A stretch of 63,381 bases of DNA, the filler included, from Thermodesulfobacteriota bacterium (GTDB lineage: Bacteria; DASVDK01), in the NCBI GenBank assembly GCA_036381125.1. It is 7 parts of 7 records of this genome, joined end to end, with 100 filler letters (N's around TTAATTAATTAA, not from the genome) between each part and the next. Parts side by side here need not be neighbours in the genome. Positions count along the whole stretch, not along the records: positions 47,322 to 59,355 come from DASVDK010000130.1; positions 59,456 to 63,381 come from DASVDK010000136.1; 5 more parts are not named here. The stretch is one strand, 5' to 3'. Below, piece after piece: positions 47,322-60,071 of the stretch. Under the pieces are notes generated by a model. The model was not told the origin of the DNA. It searched no databases and saw only the letters and a program-made list of their open reading frames with translations. Every line of letters begins with the position of its first letter. Positions within the stretch are counted from its first letter, which is position 1. The translations under genes were made by a program, and so were the position numbers.

Positions 47322-48071
47322 CGCGAGGAGGTCGACTACCTCCTCGCGAGCCTCGAGCGGGCGCTGCCCGGCCGGGGGATCACCGTCGACCGGGTGGCGT
47401 ACGCGTGGGCGGGGGTGCGGCCGCTCGCGTTCGAGGCGGGCAAGCACGAGTCGGCGGTGTCGCGCGAGCACCGCATCGTCGCCGAGGCGGACGGCTCGCT
47501 CCTCTCCATCACCGGCACCAAGCTCACGACCTACCGCAGCCTCGCGGAGGAGGCGACCGACCGCGTGGCCCGGAGCCTCGGCCGCCCCTCGAGGAGCCGC
47601 ACCGCCCGCGTGGCGCTCGACGGCGCCGACACCGACGGCGACCGGGTCGAGGCGCGCGTCTGGCTCGACGCGTCGGCCGAGTCGGCCCGCACGGGGCTCT
47701 CCACGCGCACCCTCGAGCGGCTCGTCGAGACGTACGGCCGGCGAGCGGGGAGGGTCCTCGACCTCGTGCGGGCCGACCCGCGTCTCGGCGCGCCGCTCTG
47801 CCCGCACAACCCCGAGGTGGCCGCGCAGGTGACGATCGCCTGCCGCGAGGAGATGGCCCGGACGCTCGCCGACGTCATGCTGCGCCGCACCGGCCTCGGC
47901 CAGGGGGCCTGCCTCGGCCGCGACTGCGCCCCGCGGGTCGCCCGCATGATGGCCGCCGAGCTCGGCTGGGACGAGCGGCGCGTCGCGCGCGAGCTTGCCG
48001 ACTACGACTCGATCGTCGGCGACACGGTAGCCTTCCGCGAGGCGCCCGCGCCGGCCGGCGTGAGGGGCTAG
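47322..48071 (+). CDS. glpD: Glycerol-3-phosphate dehydrogenase, C-terminal part
   Basis: EVDYLL, AWAGVRPL, SREH, G.KLTTYR, EMARTLADVMLRRT; adjacent to glpK. Confidence 0.88.
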   Translation, partial: REEVDYLLASLERALPGRGITVDRVAYAWAGVRPLAFEAGKHESAVSREHRIVAEADGSLLSITGTKLTTYRSLAEEATDRVARSLGRPSRSRTARVALDGADTDGDRVEARVWLDASAESARTGLSTRTLERLVETYGRRAGRVLDLVRADPRLGAPLCPHNPEVAAQVTIACREEMARTLADVMLRRTGLGQGACLGRDCAPRVARMMAAELGWDERRVARELADYDSIVGDTVAFREAPAPAGVRG

Positions 48072-49539
<1,468 letters not shown>

Positions 49540-49547
<8 letters not shown>

Positions 49548-51126
49548 CCTGCTGATCCGGGGCGGCCGGGTCGTCGACGGCACCGGCCGGCCGGCCTTCC
49601 GGGCCGACGTGGCGGTCGAGGGGGGGCGCATCCGCGCCGTCGGCCTCCTGCCGCAGGCCGAGGCGCGCCGGGTCGTCGACGCGACCGGCCGCGTCGTCGC
49701 GCCCGGCTTCCTCGACCTCCACAGCCACTCCGAGCTGGCGCTGCTCGCCGACCCCTTCAACCCGCCCAAGCTCGAGCAGGGCTTCACCTTCGAGCTGCTC
49801 GGCCAGGACGGGCTCTCCGTCGCGCCGCTCACGCCGGCCGCGACGGCCGCCACGCGGCAGGCCCTGGCCGGGCTCGCCGGCGATCCGCCCGGCATCGACT
49901 GGAGCTGGCGGAGCGTCGACGACTTCCTCGGGCGCCTCGACGGACTCGACCTCTCGGCCGGCTACCTCGTCCCGCACGCCCAGCTCCGTCGCCTCGCCAT
50001 GGGCGACGACGACCGGGCGCCGACGCGGGACGAGCTCCGCGAGATGCGGCGGCTTCTCCGGGAGGGGCTCGAGCAGGGCGCCTTCGGCCTCTCGACCGGC
50101 CTCGTGTACCCGCCGAACTGCTTCGCCGCCGCGGAGGAGCTGGCGGCGCTGGGAGAGGAGGTGGCGGCGGCCGGCGGGATCTTCGCCGTGCACCTGAGGA
50201 GCGAGGGGGCCGGCATCGAGTCGGCGCTCGACGAGATGCTCGAGGTCGCCCGCCGCAGCGGCTGCCGGCTGCACGTCTCGCACCTCAAGCTCGCCGGCGC
50301 CCCGAACTTCGGCAAGCTCGACTGGCTGATCTCGCGACTCGAGGGGGCGCGCGCCGAGGGGCTCGAGGTGACCTGCGACCAGTACCCCTATGCCGCCGGC
50401 AGCACCGTGATGACCGCCCTCGTGCCGACCTGGGCGCTGGCCGGCGGCCCGGCGGCGCTCCGGCGCCGGCTCGAGGACCCGTCCGACCGGGCGCGCATCC
50501 ATGCCGAGATGGCGGCGCGGGGCGAGGGGCCGGCGGGCGGCTTCGCCGAGGTCGTCGTCAGCGACCTCCAGGGGGCGGCGCCGGAGCGGGCCGCCCTCGT
50601 CGGCAGGCGCCTGACCGAGATCGCGACGCTCACGGGGGTCGACCCGGCGACGGCGGTCATCGACCTCCTGCGCGAGACGCGCCTCGCCGCCTCCATCATC
50701 ATCCACAACCAGGCCGATCCGATCGTCCGGGCGCTCCTGCCGCTCGGGTTCCGGTCGGTCGGCAGCGACGGCCTCCTCTTCGGCTCGCCCCACCCGCGCG
50801 CCTACGGCACGGCGCCCCGCATCCTCGGCCGCTACGTGCGCGAGGAGCGGCGGCTCACGCTCGAGGAGGCGGTCCACTCCCTCACGGGGCGGGCGGCCGA
50901 CCACATCGGGCTCGCCGATCGGGGCCGGGTCCTCCCCGGCCTGCGCGCCGACCTCGTCGTCTTCGACCCGGACACCGTCATCGACCGCGCCACGTACGAG
51001 CGTCCCACCGAGCGGCCGATCGGCATCGACCACGTCGTCGTGGGGGGCGCGGTGGTGGTCGAGCAGGGGCGGGTGGTGCGGAGCGCGGCGCGGCGCGGCG
51101 AGGCCTGCCGCGCCCGCAAGCGCTGA
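49540..51126 (+). CDS. N-acyl-D-amino-acid deacylase family amidohydrolase
   Basis: [49 protein letters not shown]. Confidence 0.9.
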
Positions 51127-51162
51127 CCGCCACGGCGCCACCGGAGCGGGGCGAGGGCGTGC

Positions 51163-51216
51163 TTGCCCGGGCCTCTCGACCGGGTATATTATGACCATAG
51201 CATATGACCATGGTCA
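51163..51216 (+). promoter_or_regulatory. vapBC promoter with autoregulatory operator
   Basis: TTGCCC-N16-TATATT; direct repeats TATGACCAT (51190, 51203); palindrome TGACCATGGTCA (51205-51216). Confidence 0.65.
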
Positions 51217-51233
51217 CATGGCTCGGAGGACCC

Positions 51234-51467
51234 ATGGAGGTCTCGGCGGGTGAGTTCAAGGCGCGATGCCTCAAGCTCATGGACGAGGTGCAGCGGACCA
51301 GACGGGAAATCGTCATCACCAAGCGCGGCCGCCCGGTCGCGAAGCTCGTTCCCGCCGACGAGAAGCCGAAGAGCGTGTGGGGCGCGCTCAAGGGGCGGGC
51401 GACCGTGATCGGGGACGTCGAGCGCGTGATCGAGCCGATCGACGAGCCGTGGGATGCGGACCGGTAG
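51234..51467 (+). CDS. Phd/YefM family antitoxin
   Basis: MEVSAGEFKARCLKLMDEV...IVITKRGRPVAKLVP. Confidence 0.92.
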   Translation: MEVSAGEFKARCLKLMDEVQRTRREIVITKRGRPVAKLVPADEKPKSVWGALKGRATVIGDVERVIEPIDEPWDADR

Positions 51468-51888
51468 GCGGGCCGTCCCGCTCCTCCTCGATACGCACGT
51501 CTGGCTCGGCGTCCTCGAGGGTGACCGGCGCCTTGCGTCCCCCGACGTACGCCGAGCCGTCGACCTCGCAGCCGCGGCGGGGCAGGTCCGGATCTCCGCG
51601 ATCTCGGTCTGGGAAGTGGCGATGCTCGAGACGAAGGGACGGATCCGTCTGGCGAAGGACTGCCTGGACTGGGTGACCGAGGCCCTCGCGATACCGGGAT
51701 TCGCCCTCGCGCCCTTGACTCCCGAGGTGGCCGTGGGGGCGAGCCGCCTGCCGGGCGACTTCCACGGCGATCCCGCCGACCGGATCCTCGTCGCCACAGC
51801 ACGCGCCCTCGGCGCGGTGCTCGTCACGAAAGACCGTCGGATCCTGGACTACGGCCGCGACGACTTCCTCGCCGTCATGCCGGCCTGA
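51454..51888 (+). CDS. vapC: VapC PIN-domain toxin
   Basis: LLLDTHV, SVWE, HGDPADRILVA, LVTKD; the start may instead be GTG 51475. Confidence 0.92.
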   Translation: MRTGRRAVPLLLDTHVWLGVLEGDRRLASPDVRRAVDLAAAAGQVRISAISVWEVAMLETKGRIRLAKDCLDWVTEALAIPGFALAPLTPEVAVGASRLPGDFHGDPADRILVATARALGAVLVTKDRRILDYGRDDFLAVMPA

Positions 51889-51894
51889 GCGGCG

Positions 51895-52626
51895 CTATCC
51901 GGCGAGGCGGCGGGCGCGGACGAGCCTGAGGTACATCTCGGCGCGAGGGTGGCGGGGGTGCTTCGCGAGGACGGCGCGCCACTCGGCCACGGCGCCCTCG
52001 ACGTCGCCCGCGGCGTATCGCGTGATCCCCTTCTGCACGCCGGCCATGGGGAGGTGGGGCGCCTCCTCCTCGACGCGCGAGAACTCCCGCAGCGCCTCGT
52101 CGAACCGCCCCGCGTCCCGTAGCGCCACGCCGAGCCTGAGGCGGATGTCCGGGTAGGTCGGGCAGAGCGCCAGCGCGGCGTGGAAGCCCTCGATGGCCTG
52201 GTCGAGGAGCCCCAGCGCGTGGTAGGTGCCGGCGAGGTCGGCCTGCCGGTTGGCGAGCTTGCCCCGCACGAAGGGGTCGAGCGCCGAGGCCGGCTCTCCG
52301 GCGGCGGCCGGCCCGCCCGGCTCGGCCCGGCGGTAGACCCGCTCGGCCTCGTCGTAGCGCCCGAGGTCCATGAGCGTGACGGCGAGGTTCAGCGCGGCCT
52401 CGTTGTAGCGGGGGTTCAGCTCGAGGGCCCGGCCGAAGCAGGTGAGCGCCTTGCCGAAGGCCCCGCGGCGATGCGCGGCCAGGCCGACCCGGTTCAGCAC
52501 GTCCGCGTACGGCGCCCCCGTCTCGAGGAAGCGCTCGAGGAGCGCCTCGGCGCGCTCGAGGTCGCCCCGCTCGAACGCCTCGGTCCCGAGGAGGTACAGC
52601 TCGTCGCGGGTGAGGTCGCCGAGCAT
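51895..52626 (-). CDS. Tetratricopeptide repeat protein
   Basis: Repeated TPR motifs (ALELNPRY, ALALCPTY); TGATG-coupled to bamD. Confidence 0.82.
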   Translation of the reverse strand: MLGDLTRDELYLLGTEAFERGDLERAEALLERFLETGAPYADVLNRVGLAAHRRGAFGKALTCFGRALELNPRYNEAALNLAVTLMDLGRYDEAERVYRRAEPGGPAAAGEPASALDPFVRGKLANRQADLAGTYHALGLLDQAIEGFHAALALCPTYPDIRLRLGVALRDAGRFDEALREFSRVEEEAPHLPMAGVQKGITRYAAGDVEGAVAEWRAVLAKHPRHPRAEMYLRLVRARRLAG

Positions 52627-53453
52627 CAGCGCGCGACGGTGCGGCTGCGCGCCTCGGCGGGCGCCGACCCCATGGCCGAGGCCGGGATCGGCTCGAGGCC
52701 CGCCTTCGCGAGGAGGGCGGCGGCGCGCCGGCCGATCTCGGTGTCCCCGGTCCGGTGCAGGACGGTGGACAGCGTCATCCGGGCCGCCTCGTTCCGGGCG
52801 AGCCTGAGCTCGCACTCCCCGGCGCGGACCCGGGCCTCGTCGGCCGCCGGCTGCTCGGGGTACGTGGTCCAGACCTTGGTGTAGCGCCTGAGCGCCGCCT
52901 CGTAGCGGTCCCGGCGGAAGTAGAAGTTGCCGATGTACAGCTCGTGGAGCGCCAGCTCGGCCCGCGCCTCGGCGAGCCTGACCCGCGCCGGCTCGGCGTA
53001 CTCGGAGCCCGGGAACTTCTCGAGGAGGCTCTCGAACACCTCGGCGGCCTTGCGCGTCTGGGTCGGGTCGCGGTCGTAGGTGGCGCGCTGATGGAAGTGG
53101 GCCGACCCGAGGAGGTACATGGCGTACGGCGCGAGCTCGTGGGTCGGCCGCATCTTGAGGAACTGCTCGTAGGTGGCCACCGCCTCGGGGTACTTCCTGT
53201 CGAGGAAGTACATGTCGGCGAGGCGCAGCTCGGCGTACGGCGTGCTCCGGTGATAGGGGTAGCCGTCGACGAGCTTCTTGAACTCCTCGGCCGCCTGGTC
53301 CCACCGCTTGCGCGCGATCTCGCGCTCGGCCCGGGCGTAGAGCTCCTCGGGCGGGATGGCGCGGATCATCGCCGTCTTGGAGGCGCAGGCAGCCAGAAGG
53401 GTCGCCAGGAGACCGGCGGCAAGCAGGCGAGCGGCTCTCGATCTCCCGATCAT
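52626..53453 (-). CDS. bamD: Outer membrane protein assembly factor BamD
   Basis: Lipobox LAAC, YP...YAELRLAD, DRDPTQTRKA, FPGSEYA, LALHELYIGNFY. Confidence 0.9.
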   Translation of the reverse strand: MIGRSRAARLLAAGLLATLLAACASKTAMIRAIPPEELYARAEREIARKRWDQAAEEFKKLVDGYPYHRSTPYAELRLADMYFLDRKYPEAVATYEQFLKMRPTHELAPYAMYLLGSAHFHQRATYDRDPTQTRKAAEVFESLLEKFPGSEYAEPARVRLAEARAELALHELYIGNFYFRRDRYEAALRRYTKVWTTYPEQPAADEARVRAGECELRLARNEAARMTLSTVLHRTGDTEIGRRAAALLAKAGLEPIPASAMGSAPAEARSRTVAR

Positions 53454-53649
53454 CTTCCGAACCTTATACGAGCGGCCTGCCGGGCGTCAAGCCCCGGGGC
53501 CACCAGTCCACGGTCACCGGGACGAGGTACGGAGCGTGCGTCCCACCGCGCCGGCACTGGCGCGACGCGGCGCCAGACGCCCGGCGACAGGGCCCGGCCG
53601 CCCGGTGGCGCGCTGGACCGAGGTCAGGAGGGTGGAGGAGGCGCGCCAT

Positions 53650-54921
53650 ATGCGGGCGCTGGACCGCGCGATCCTGGCGGCCCTGGTCATCCTCCTGGCC
53701 GGCGCATGCGGGCGGTCCGGCTCCGAGGCGGAGGCGCCGGGGCAGTCGGGCGCGGCGGCGCAACCCCCCGAGGTCGTCGCCATGGCGGCCATCCAGCGGA
53801 CGACCCCCATCTACCACCAGCTCGTCGGGCAGGTCGTCGCGGACCAGGAGGTGGAGATCCGCTCGAAGGCGACCGGCCTGCTCGTGCAGATCGGCTTCCG
53901 GGACGGCCAGCGCGTCCGGAAAGGCCAGCTCCTCTTCCAGATCGACCCGCAGCCGTTCCAGGCCGACCTGGCCAACGCGCGCGCCCGGCTCGCCGAGGCG
54001 CAGGCCGCGCTCGGCAAGGCGCGGCAGGACCTGCGGCGCGCCCGCGCACTCGCCTCGCAGGGGATCATCGCGCGCCAGGAGCTGACCGACGCCCAGGCGA
54101 CCTACGACCAGGAGCGCCAGGCCGTGGCCGCACAGCAGGCGGTCGTCGAGGCCGCCGAGCTGCGGCTCCGGGACGCGCGGATCACCTCGCCGCTCACCGG
54201 GCGGATCGGCGCGTCTCGGGTCAAGCTCGGCACCCTGGTGCAGGCGGGCGAGACGATCCTCGCGGTGGTGTCGGCGCTCGACCCCATCGACGTCACGTTC
54301 AGCATCAGCGAGCAGGAGTACCTCGACCTCTTCCGCCGCTTCAGCGCCGCCGGCCGGACCGCGGCCGACGCGGCGCCGGTCGAGCTGATCCTCGCGGACG
54401 GCTCGGTCTACCCGCATCCCGGACACGTCGACTTCGTCGCCCCCAGGGTCTCCCCCACGACCGGGACCCTCGAGATCCGGGTGCAGTTCCCGAACCCGAA
54501 CGAGCTGCTCCGCCCCGGCCTCTACGCGAACGTCCGCGTCGTCTACGACGTCCGCGACAACGCCCTCCTGGTGCCCCAGCGCGCGGTGCAGGAGACGCTC
54601 GGCAAGACGTTCGTGACCGTCGTGACCGAGGACGGGACCGCGGAGCAGCGCGCGGTCACCCTCGGGCCGCGCGCCGGTAACCTCTGGATCGTCGAGGACG
54701 GACTCGAGCCGGGCGAGCGGGTGGTCGTCGAGGGCCTCCAGAAGGCGCAGCCCGGCACTCGCGTGGCGGCTCGCATGATCACCGAGGCACAGCTCGCCTC
54801 CGGGACGGCCGAGCAGCCCGGCCGGATGCCCGAGGGAGGCGGACCGGCCGGCGAGGGCGAGCCGGCATCGCCGTCGGCCGGGGGCTCGGCGGCCGGCCCC
54901 GGGGCGGGCAACCGCCGGTAG
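53650..54921 (+). CDS. RND efflux periplasmic adaptor (MFP) lipoprotein
   Basis: Lipobox LAGAC, GQ.VRKGQLLFQIDP, ITSPLTGRIG, TTGT, LRPG. Confidence 0.92.
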   Translation: MRALDRAILAALVILLAGACGRSGSEAEAPGQSGAAAQPPEVVAMAAIQRTTPIYHQLVGQVVADQEVEIRSKATGLLVQIGFRDGQRVRKGQLLFQIDPQPFQADLANARARLAEAQAALGKARQDLRRARALASQGIIARQELTDAQATYDQERQAVAAQQAVVEAAELRLRDARITSPLTGRIGASRVKLGTLVQAGETILAVVSALDPIDVTFSISEQEYLDLFRRFSAAGRTAADAAPVELILADGSVYPHPGHVDFVAPRVSPTTGTLEIRVQFPNPNELLRPGLYANVRVVYDVRDNALLVPQRAVQETLGKTFVTVVTEDGTAEQRAVTLGPRAGNLWIVEDGLEPGERVVVEGLQKAQPGTRVAARMITEAQLASGTAEQPGRMPEGGGPAGEGEPASPSAGGSAAGPGAGNRR

Positions 54922-54927
54922 GCGGCG

Positions 54928-57900
54928 ATGGCGCGCTTCTTCATCGACCGTCCCGTCTTCGCGATGGTCGTCGCCATCGTCATCACGCTCGCCGGCCTCA
55001 TCGCGCTGATCGCCGGCCTGCCGATCGCCCAGTACCCGCAGATCACGCTCCCCTCGGTCCGGACCTCCGGGGCGTACGTCGGCGCCGGCGCCCAGATCGT
55101 CGAGGAGGCGGTCGCGCAGCCGATCGAGACGCAGGTGAACGGCGTCGAGGGCATGCTCTACATGCGCTCGACGAGCACGAGCGACGGCTACTACACGCTC
55201 ACGGTCACCTTCACCCTCGAGACGGACCCGGACATCGCCGCGGTGCAGGTGCAGAACCGGGTCTCGCAGGCGAGCGGCTCCCTGCCGCAGGAGGTCCTCG
55301 ACGCCGGCCTCACCACCACCAAGACCACCCCCGACACCGTCATGTACGTCGCCCTCCATTCGCCCAACGGGACGTACGACCAGCTCTTCCTGCAGAACTT
55401 CGCGAACATCACCGTCATCGAGCCGCTCAAGCGCGTCCCCGGCGCCGGCAACATCACCCTCTACGGCGCCGACTTCGGCATGCGCCTGTGGCTCCGGCCC
55501 GACGCCATGGCCAGGCTGCGCATCACGCCGACCGACGTGCTCCAGGCGGTGCGCGACCAGAACGTCCAGGCGCCGGCCGGGTCGATCGGCCAGTACCCGG
55601 TCCCGGAGGGGCAGGCGTTCCAGTACACCGTGCGGGTCCGCGGCACGCTCGCGACCGAGGAGGAGTTCGGCAACATCGTCGTCCGGGCGGGTCCCGACGG
55701 CTCGATCGTCCGCATCCGCGACATCGCCCGGGTGGAGCTGGGCGCCGAGGAGTATCGCTTCGTCTCGACCTACAACGGCAGGCCGGCGGCGAACTTCGCG
55801 GTCAGCCTCACCCCCGACGCGAACGCCATCGAGACCGCCGGCCGCCTGCGGGCGGAGCTCGCCCGCATGGCGCCGGGCTTCCCGGCCGACGTCGCCTACG
55901 ACGTCGTCGTCGACAACACCGTCTTCGTGACGGAGTCGCTCGAGGAGATCCTCCGCACGTTCTTCGAGGCGCTCGCCCTCGTCGTCCTCGTCGTGCTCGT
56001 CTTCCTGCAGACCTGGCGGGCGACCCTCATCCCGCTCGTCGCCGTGCCGGTCTCGCTCATCGGCACCTTCGTCTCGTTCACGGTCCTCGACTTCTCGGTC
56101 AACACGCTGACCCTCTTCGGGATGGTCCTGGTCATCGGGATCGTCGTGGACGACGCGATCGTCGTCGTCGAGGCGGTGGAGCACCACATCCAGGACACCG
56201 GCCTCGACCCGCGGTCGGCCACGTACCGCGCCATGGAGGAGGTGCAAGGGCCGGTCGTCGCCATCGCCCTCGTCCTCGCGTCGGTCTTCGTCCCGGTCGC
56301 GTTCCTCGGCGGCGTCGTGGGCCAGCTCTACCGGCAGTTCGCCCTGACGGTCGCGGTGTCGGTGCTGCTCTCGGCCCTCGTCGCGCTCACCCTCACGCCG
56401 GCGCTCTGCGCGCTCCTCCTCGAGCCGCCGGCCGAGGGCCGGCGGCGCGGACTCCTCGGCCGGCTCGGCGCGGGGTTCAACCGCGGCTTCGCACGGACGG
56501 TGGAGCGGTACGGACGGACGGTGGCCCTCGCCATCCGCCGCGCCGGGGTCGTGGTCGCGGCGCTGGTCGTGCTCGGCGCCGCGGCCCTGGGGCTCACGCG
56601 CGCCGTGCCGGGCGGCTTCGTGCCGGAGGAGGACCAGGGGATCGTGATCGGCACGATCCTCCTGCCGGAGGCGGCGTCGCTCGTCCGCACGCGCGACGCG
56701 GCAGCGCGGGTCGACGAGGCGATCCGCGGCATCCCGGGCGTCGCTCGCACGATCACGGTCTCCGGCGCGAACATCCTCACCGGCGCCGCCCAGTCCAACT
56801 CCGGGCTCGTCGCCGTGGCGCTCGAGCCGTGGGGCGAGCGGCCGGACGTCCAGGCGATCATCGCCGCCATCCGCGCGAGCGCCGCCGAGATCCCCGAGGC
56901 CGTCGTGCTCGCGTTCAACCCGCCGCCGATCCCCGGCCTCGGCGTCACGGGGGGCTTCTCCTTCATGCTCGAGGACCGCACCGGCCAGGCGCCCGAGGCG
57001 CTCCAGGCGGCGGTCGCGCGGGTGGTCTCCGCCGCGCAGCAGCGGCCGGAGATCGGGTCCGTGCTGTCGAGCTTCGCGGCCGACACCCCCGGCTACCGCT
57101 TCGACGTGGATCGCGACAAGGCCCAGACCCTCGGCGTGCCGGTGAGCGACGTCTTCCAGGCGCTCCAGACCTTCCTCGGCGGCGTCCGGATCAACGACTT
57201 CACCCGGTTCGGCCGCACCTACGACGTGGTCATGCAGGCGGAGGGGCGCTACAGGCGGGACGTCCGGGACATCCAGTCGTTCTTCGTCAGGAACGCCGAC
57301 GGGCAGATGGTCCCCCTCACGACGCTCGTGACGCCGGTGAGGGAGAGCGGGCCGATCGTGATGACGCGGTACAACGCCTACCGTGCCGCCGAGATCACCG
57401 GGACCGCCGCGCCGGGGTACAGCTCCGGGCAGGCGATGCAGGCCATGGAGGAGGTGGCGGCAAGCGTCCTGCCGTCCGGCTTCGGCTACGAGTGGTCGGG
57501 CCTGAGCCTCCAGGAGCAGCAGTCCGCCGGCCAGGCGCCGGTCGTCTTCGGCCTGGCCCTGCTCTTCGTGTTCCTCTTCCTCGCCGCCCTCTACGAGAGC
57601 TGGGCCGTGCCGTTCGCCGTCCTCCTCGGCGTGCCGCTCGGCGTCTTCGGCGCCTTCGCCGCCGTCTGGCTCGCCGGCTACGCCAACACGGTCTACGCGC
57701 AGATCGGCCTCATCCTCCTGATCGGCCTCGCGGCCAAGAACGCGATCCTGATCGTCGAGTTCGCCAAGGTCCGCCGCGATCGCGGGATGCCGATCGTCCA
57801 GGCGGCCGTCGAGGCCGCGAGGCTCAGGCTGCGGCCGATCATCATGACCTCCCTCGCCTTCATCCTCGGCGTCGTGCCGCTCGCCGTCGCGACCGGCGCC

Positions 57901-58080
57901 GGCGCCGCGGCCCGCAACGTCATGGGGGTCACGGTGCTCGGCGGCATGACCGCCGCGACCGTCCTGGGGATCGTCGTGATCCCCGTGCTCTTCGTCCTCG
58001 TCCAGCGAGTCGCCGAACGGATCGCCGGTCCTCCCGGGGAGCGGGCGGCCGGCGAGGGGCCGGCCGCAGGGGCACGCTAG
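54928..58080 (+). CDS. HAE1-family RND efflux permease (AcrB/MexF-like)
   Basis: MARFFIDRPVFA, VVDDAIVVVE, AAKNAILIVEF, RLRPIIMT. Confidence 0.95.
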   Translation: MARFFIDRPVFAMVVAIVITLAGLIALIAGLPIAQYPQITLPSVRTSGAYVGAGAQIVEEAVAQPIETQVNGVEGMLYMRSTSTSDGYYTLTVTFTLETDPDIAAVQVQNRVSQASGSLPQEVLDAGLTTTKTTPDTVMYVALHSPNGTYDQLFLQNFANITVIEPLKRVPGAGNITLYGADFGMRLWLRPDAMARLRITPTDVLQAVRDQNVQAPAGSIGQYPVPEGQAFQYTVRVRGTLATEEEFGNIVVRAGPDGSIVRIRDIARVELGAEEYRFVSTYNGRPAANFAVSLTPDANAIETAGRLRAELARMAPGFPADVAYDVVVDNTVFVTESLEEILRTFFEALALVVLVVLVFLQTWRATLIPLVAVPVSLIGTFVSFTVLDFSVNTLTLFGMVLVIGIVVDDAIVVVEAVEHHIQDTGLDPRSATYRAMEEVQGPVVAIALVLASVFVPVAFLGGVVGQLYRQFALTVAVSVLLSALVALTLTPALCALLLEPPAEGRRRGLLGRLGAGFNRGFARTVERYGRTVALAIRRAGVVVAALVVLGAAALGLTRAVPGGFVPEEDQGIVIGTILLPEAASLVRTRDAAARVDEAIRGIPGVARTITVSGANILTGAAQSNSGLVAVALEPWGERPDVQAIIAAIRASAAEIPEAVVLAFNPPPIPGLGVTGGFSFMLEDRTGQAPEALQAAVARVVSAAQQRPEIGSVLSSFAADTPGYRFDVDRDKAQTLGVPVSDVFQALQTFLGGVRINDFTRFGRTYDVVMQAEGRYRRDVRDIQSFFVRNADGQMVPLTTLVTPVRESGPIVMTRYNAYRAAEITGTAAPGYSSGQAMQAMEEVAASVLPSGFGYEWSGLSLQEQQSAGQAPVVFGLALLFVFLFLAALYESWAVPFAVLLGVPLGVFGAFAAVWLAGYANTVYAQIGLILLIGLAAKNAILIVEFAKVRRDRGMPIVQAAVEAARLRLRPIIMTSLAFILGVVPLAVATGAGAAARNVMGVTVLGGMTAATVLGIVVIPVLFVLVQRVAERIAGPPGERAAGEGPAAGAR

Positions 58081-58092
58081 CGCTTCGAGCCC

Positions 58093-58108
58093 TGGCACAT
58101 CGGATGCA
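58093..58108 (+). promoter_or_regulatory. Putative sigma54 promoter upstream of clpB
   Basis: TGGCACATCGGATGCA, GG-N10-GC spacing. Confidence 0.55.
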
Positions 58109-58252
58109 ACCTCCGGCCGTCGGAGCGTTACAGAGCCCGCGACCCGGCCAAAATGGCCGCCGTGACGGCCCGGATCGGGCGTTGCGCCCGGCCGATGGAC
58201 AGAATGGCACACCGGACGGGCGGGGCCGAGACGAGACGGAAGGCAAACAGGC

Positions 58253-59355
<1,103 letters not shown>

Positions 59356-59455
59356 NNNNNNNNNNNNNNNNNNNNNNNNNNNNNNNNNNNNNNNNNNNNT
59401 TAATTAATTAANNNNNNNNNNNNNNNNNNNNNNNNNNNNNNNNNNNNNNNNNNNN
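59356..59455. other. Artificial contig linker
   Basis: N-run with TTAATTAATTAA. Confidence 0.98.
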
Positions 59456-60067
59456 GTCCGGGCCGTCCTCGTCGTCGCGGGCGGCCGGCGCGGGCAGGGT
59501 CTCGAAGCCCGCGGCGCCCGACACCGGGCCCGGCGCGTCCGGCCAGGGCCGGGCCGGGTACGCGGCGAGGGCGGCGCCGAGGTCCTCGGTGACGACGTAG
59601 CCGCCGCCGAGGCCGGGCAGCAGGGCCGCCGGGACGACGACGCCCGTCATGCCGGCCTCGACGAGCGCGCGCGGCAGGTGCGGCTCCCAGGCGCCGTCGG
59701 CGAGCCACGCGGTCGAGGGGCGCCGGCCGGTCAGCCGCTCGAGCGTGTCGGCGTGGCGCCGGAGCTGTCCCACCCGGTCGCGCTCGGGGATGGCGGCGAG
59801 GAGCGGGGCGTAGTGTCCGGAGGCGAGCAGCTCCACCTGGCCGCGTCGCGCGAGGGCGGCCAGGCGGCCGAGCGCCTCGGGCTGGCGGTCGGCGAGCCAG
59901 TCGAGGAGGACGCCGCTCACGTGGAGGGCGACCCTCACGCCGGGACGGCGGCCGAGCCCGTCGAGGAGCGGGCCGACGTGCAGCCGCCAGGCGGCCTCGA
60001 AGGCCGGCTCGAGGTCGAAGACCGGCTGGTGGGCGTGGAGGCAGAGGACGAGGTCCCGGTCCCGCAT
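59456..60067 (-). CDS. GH57-family-like protein, N-terminal part (catalytic motif degenerate)
   Basis: HAHQP, LHVSG.LLDWL, GQVELL..GHY.PLL..IP, WLADGAWEPHL. Confidence 0.78.
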
Positions 60068-60071
60068 GGGG

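Noticed and set aside
58075-58252. CIRCE/HrcA operator upstream of clpB
   Set aside because: No TTAGCACTC-N9-GAGTGCTAA match found
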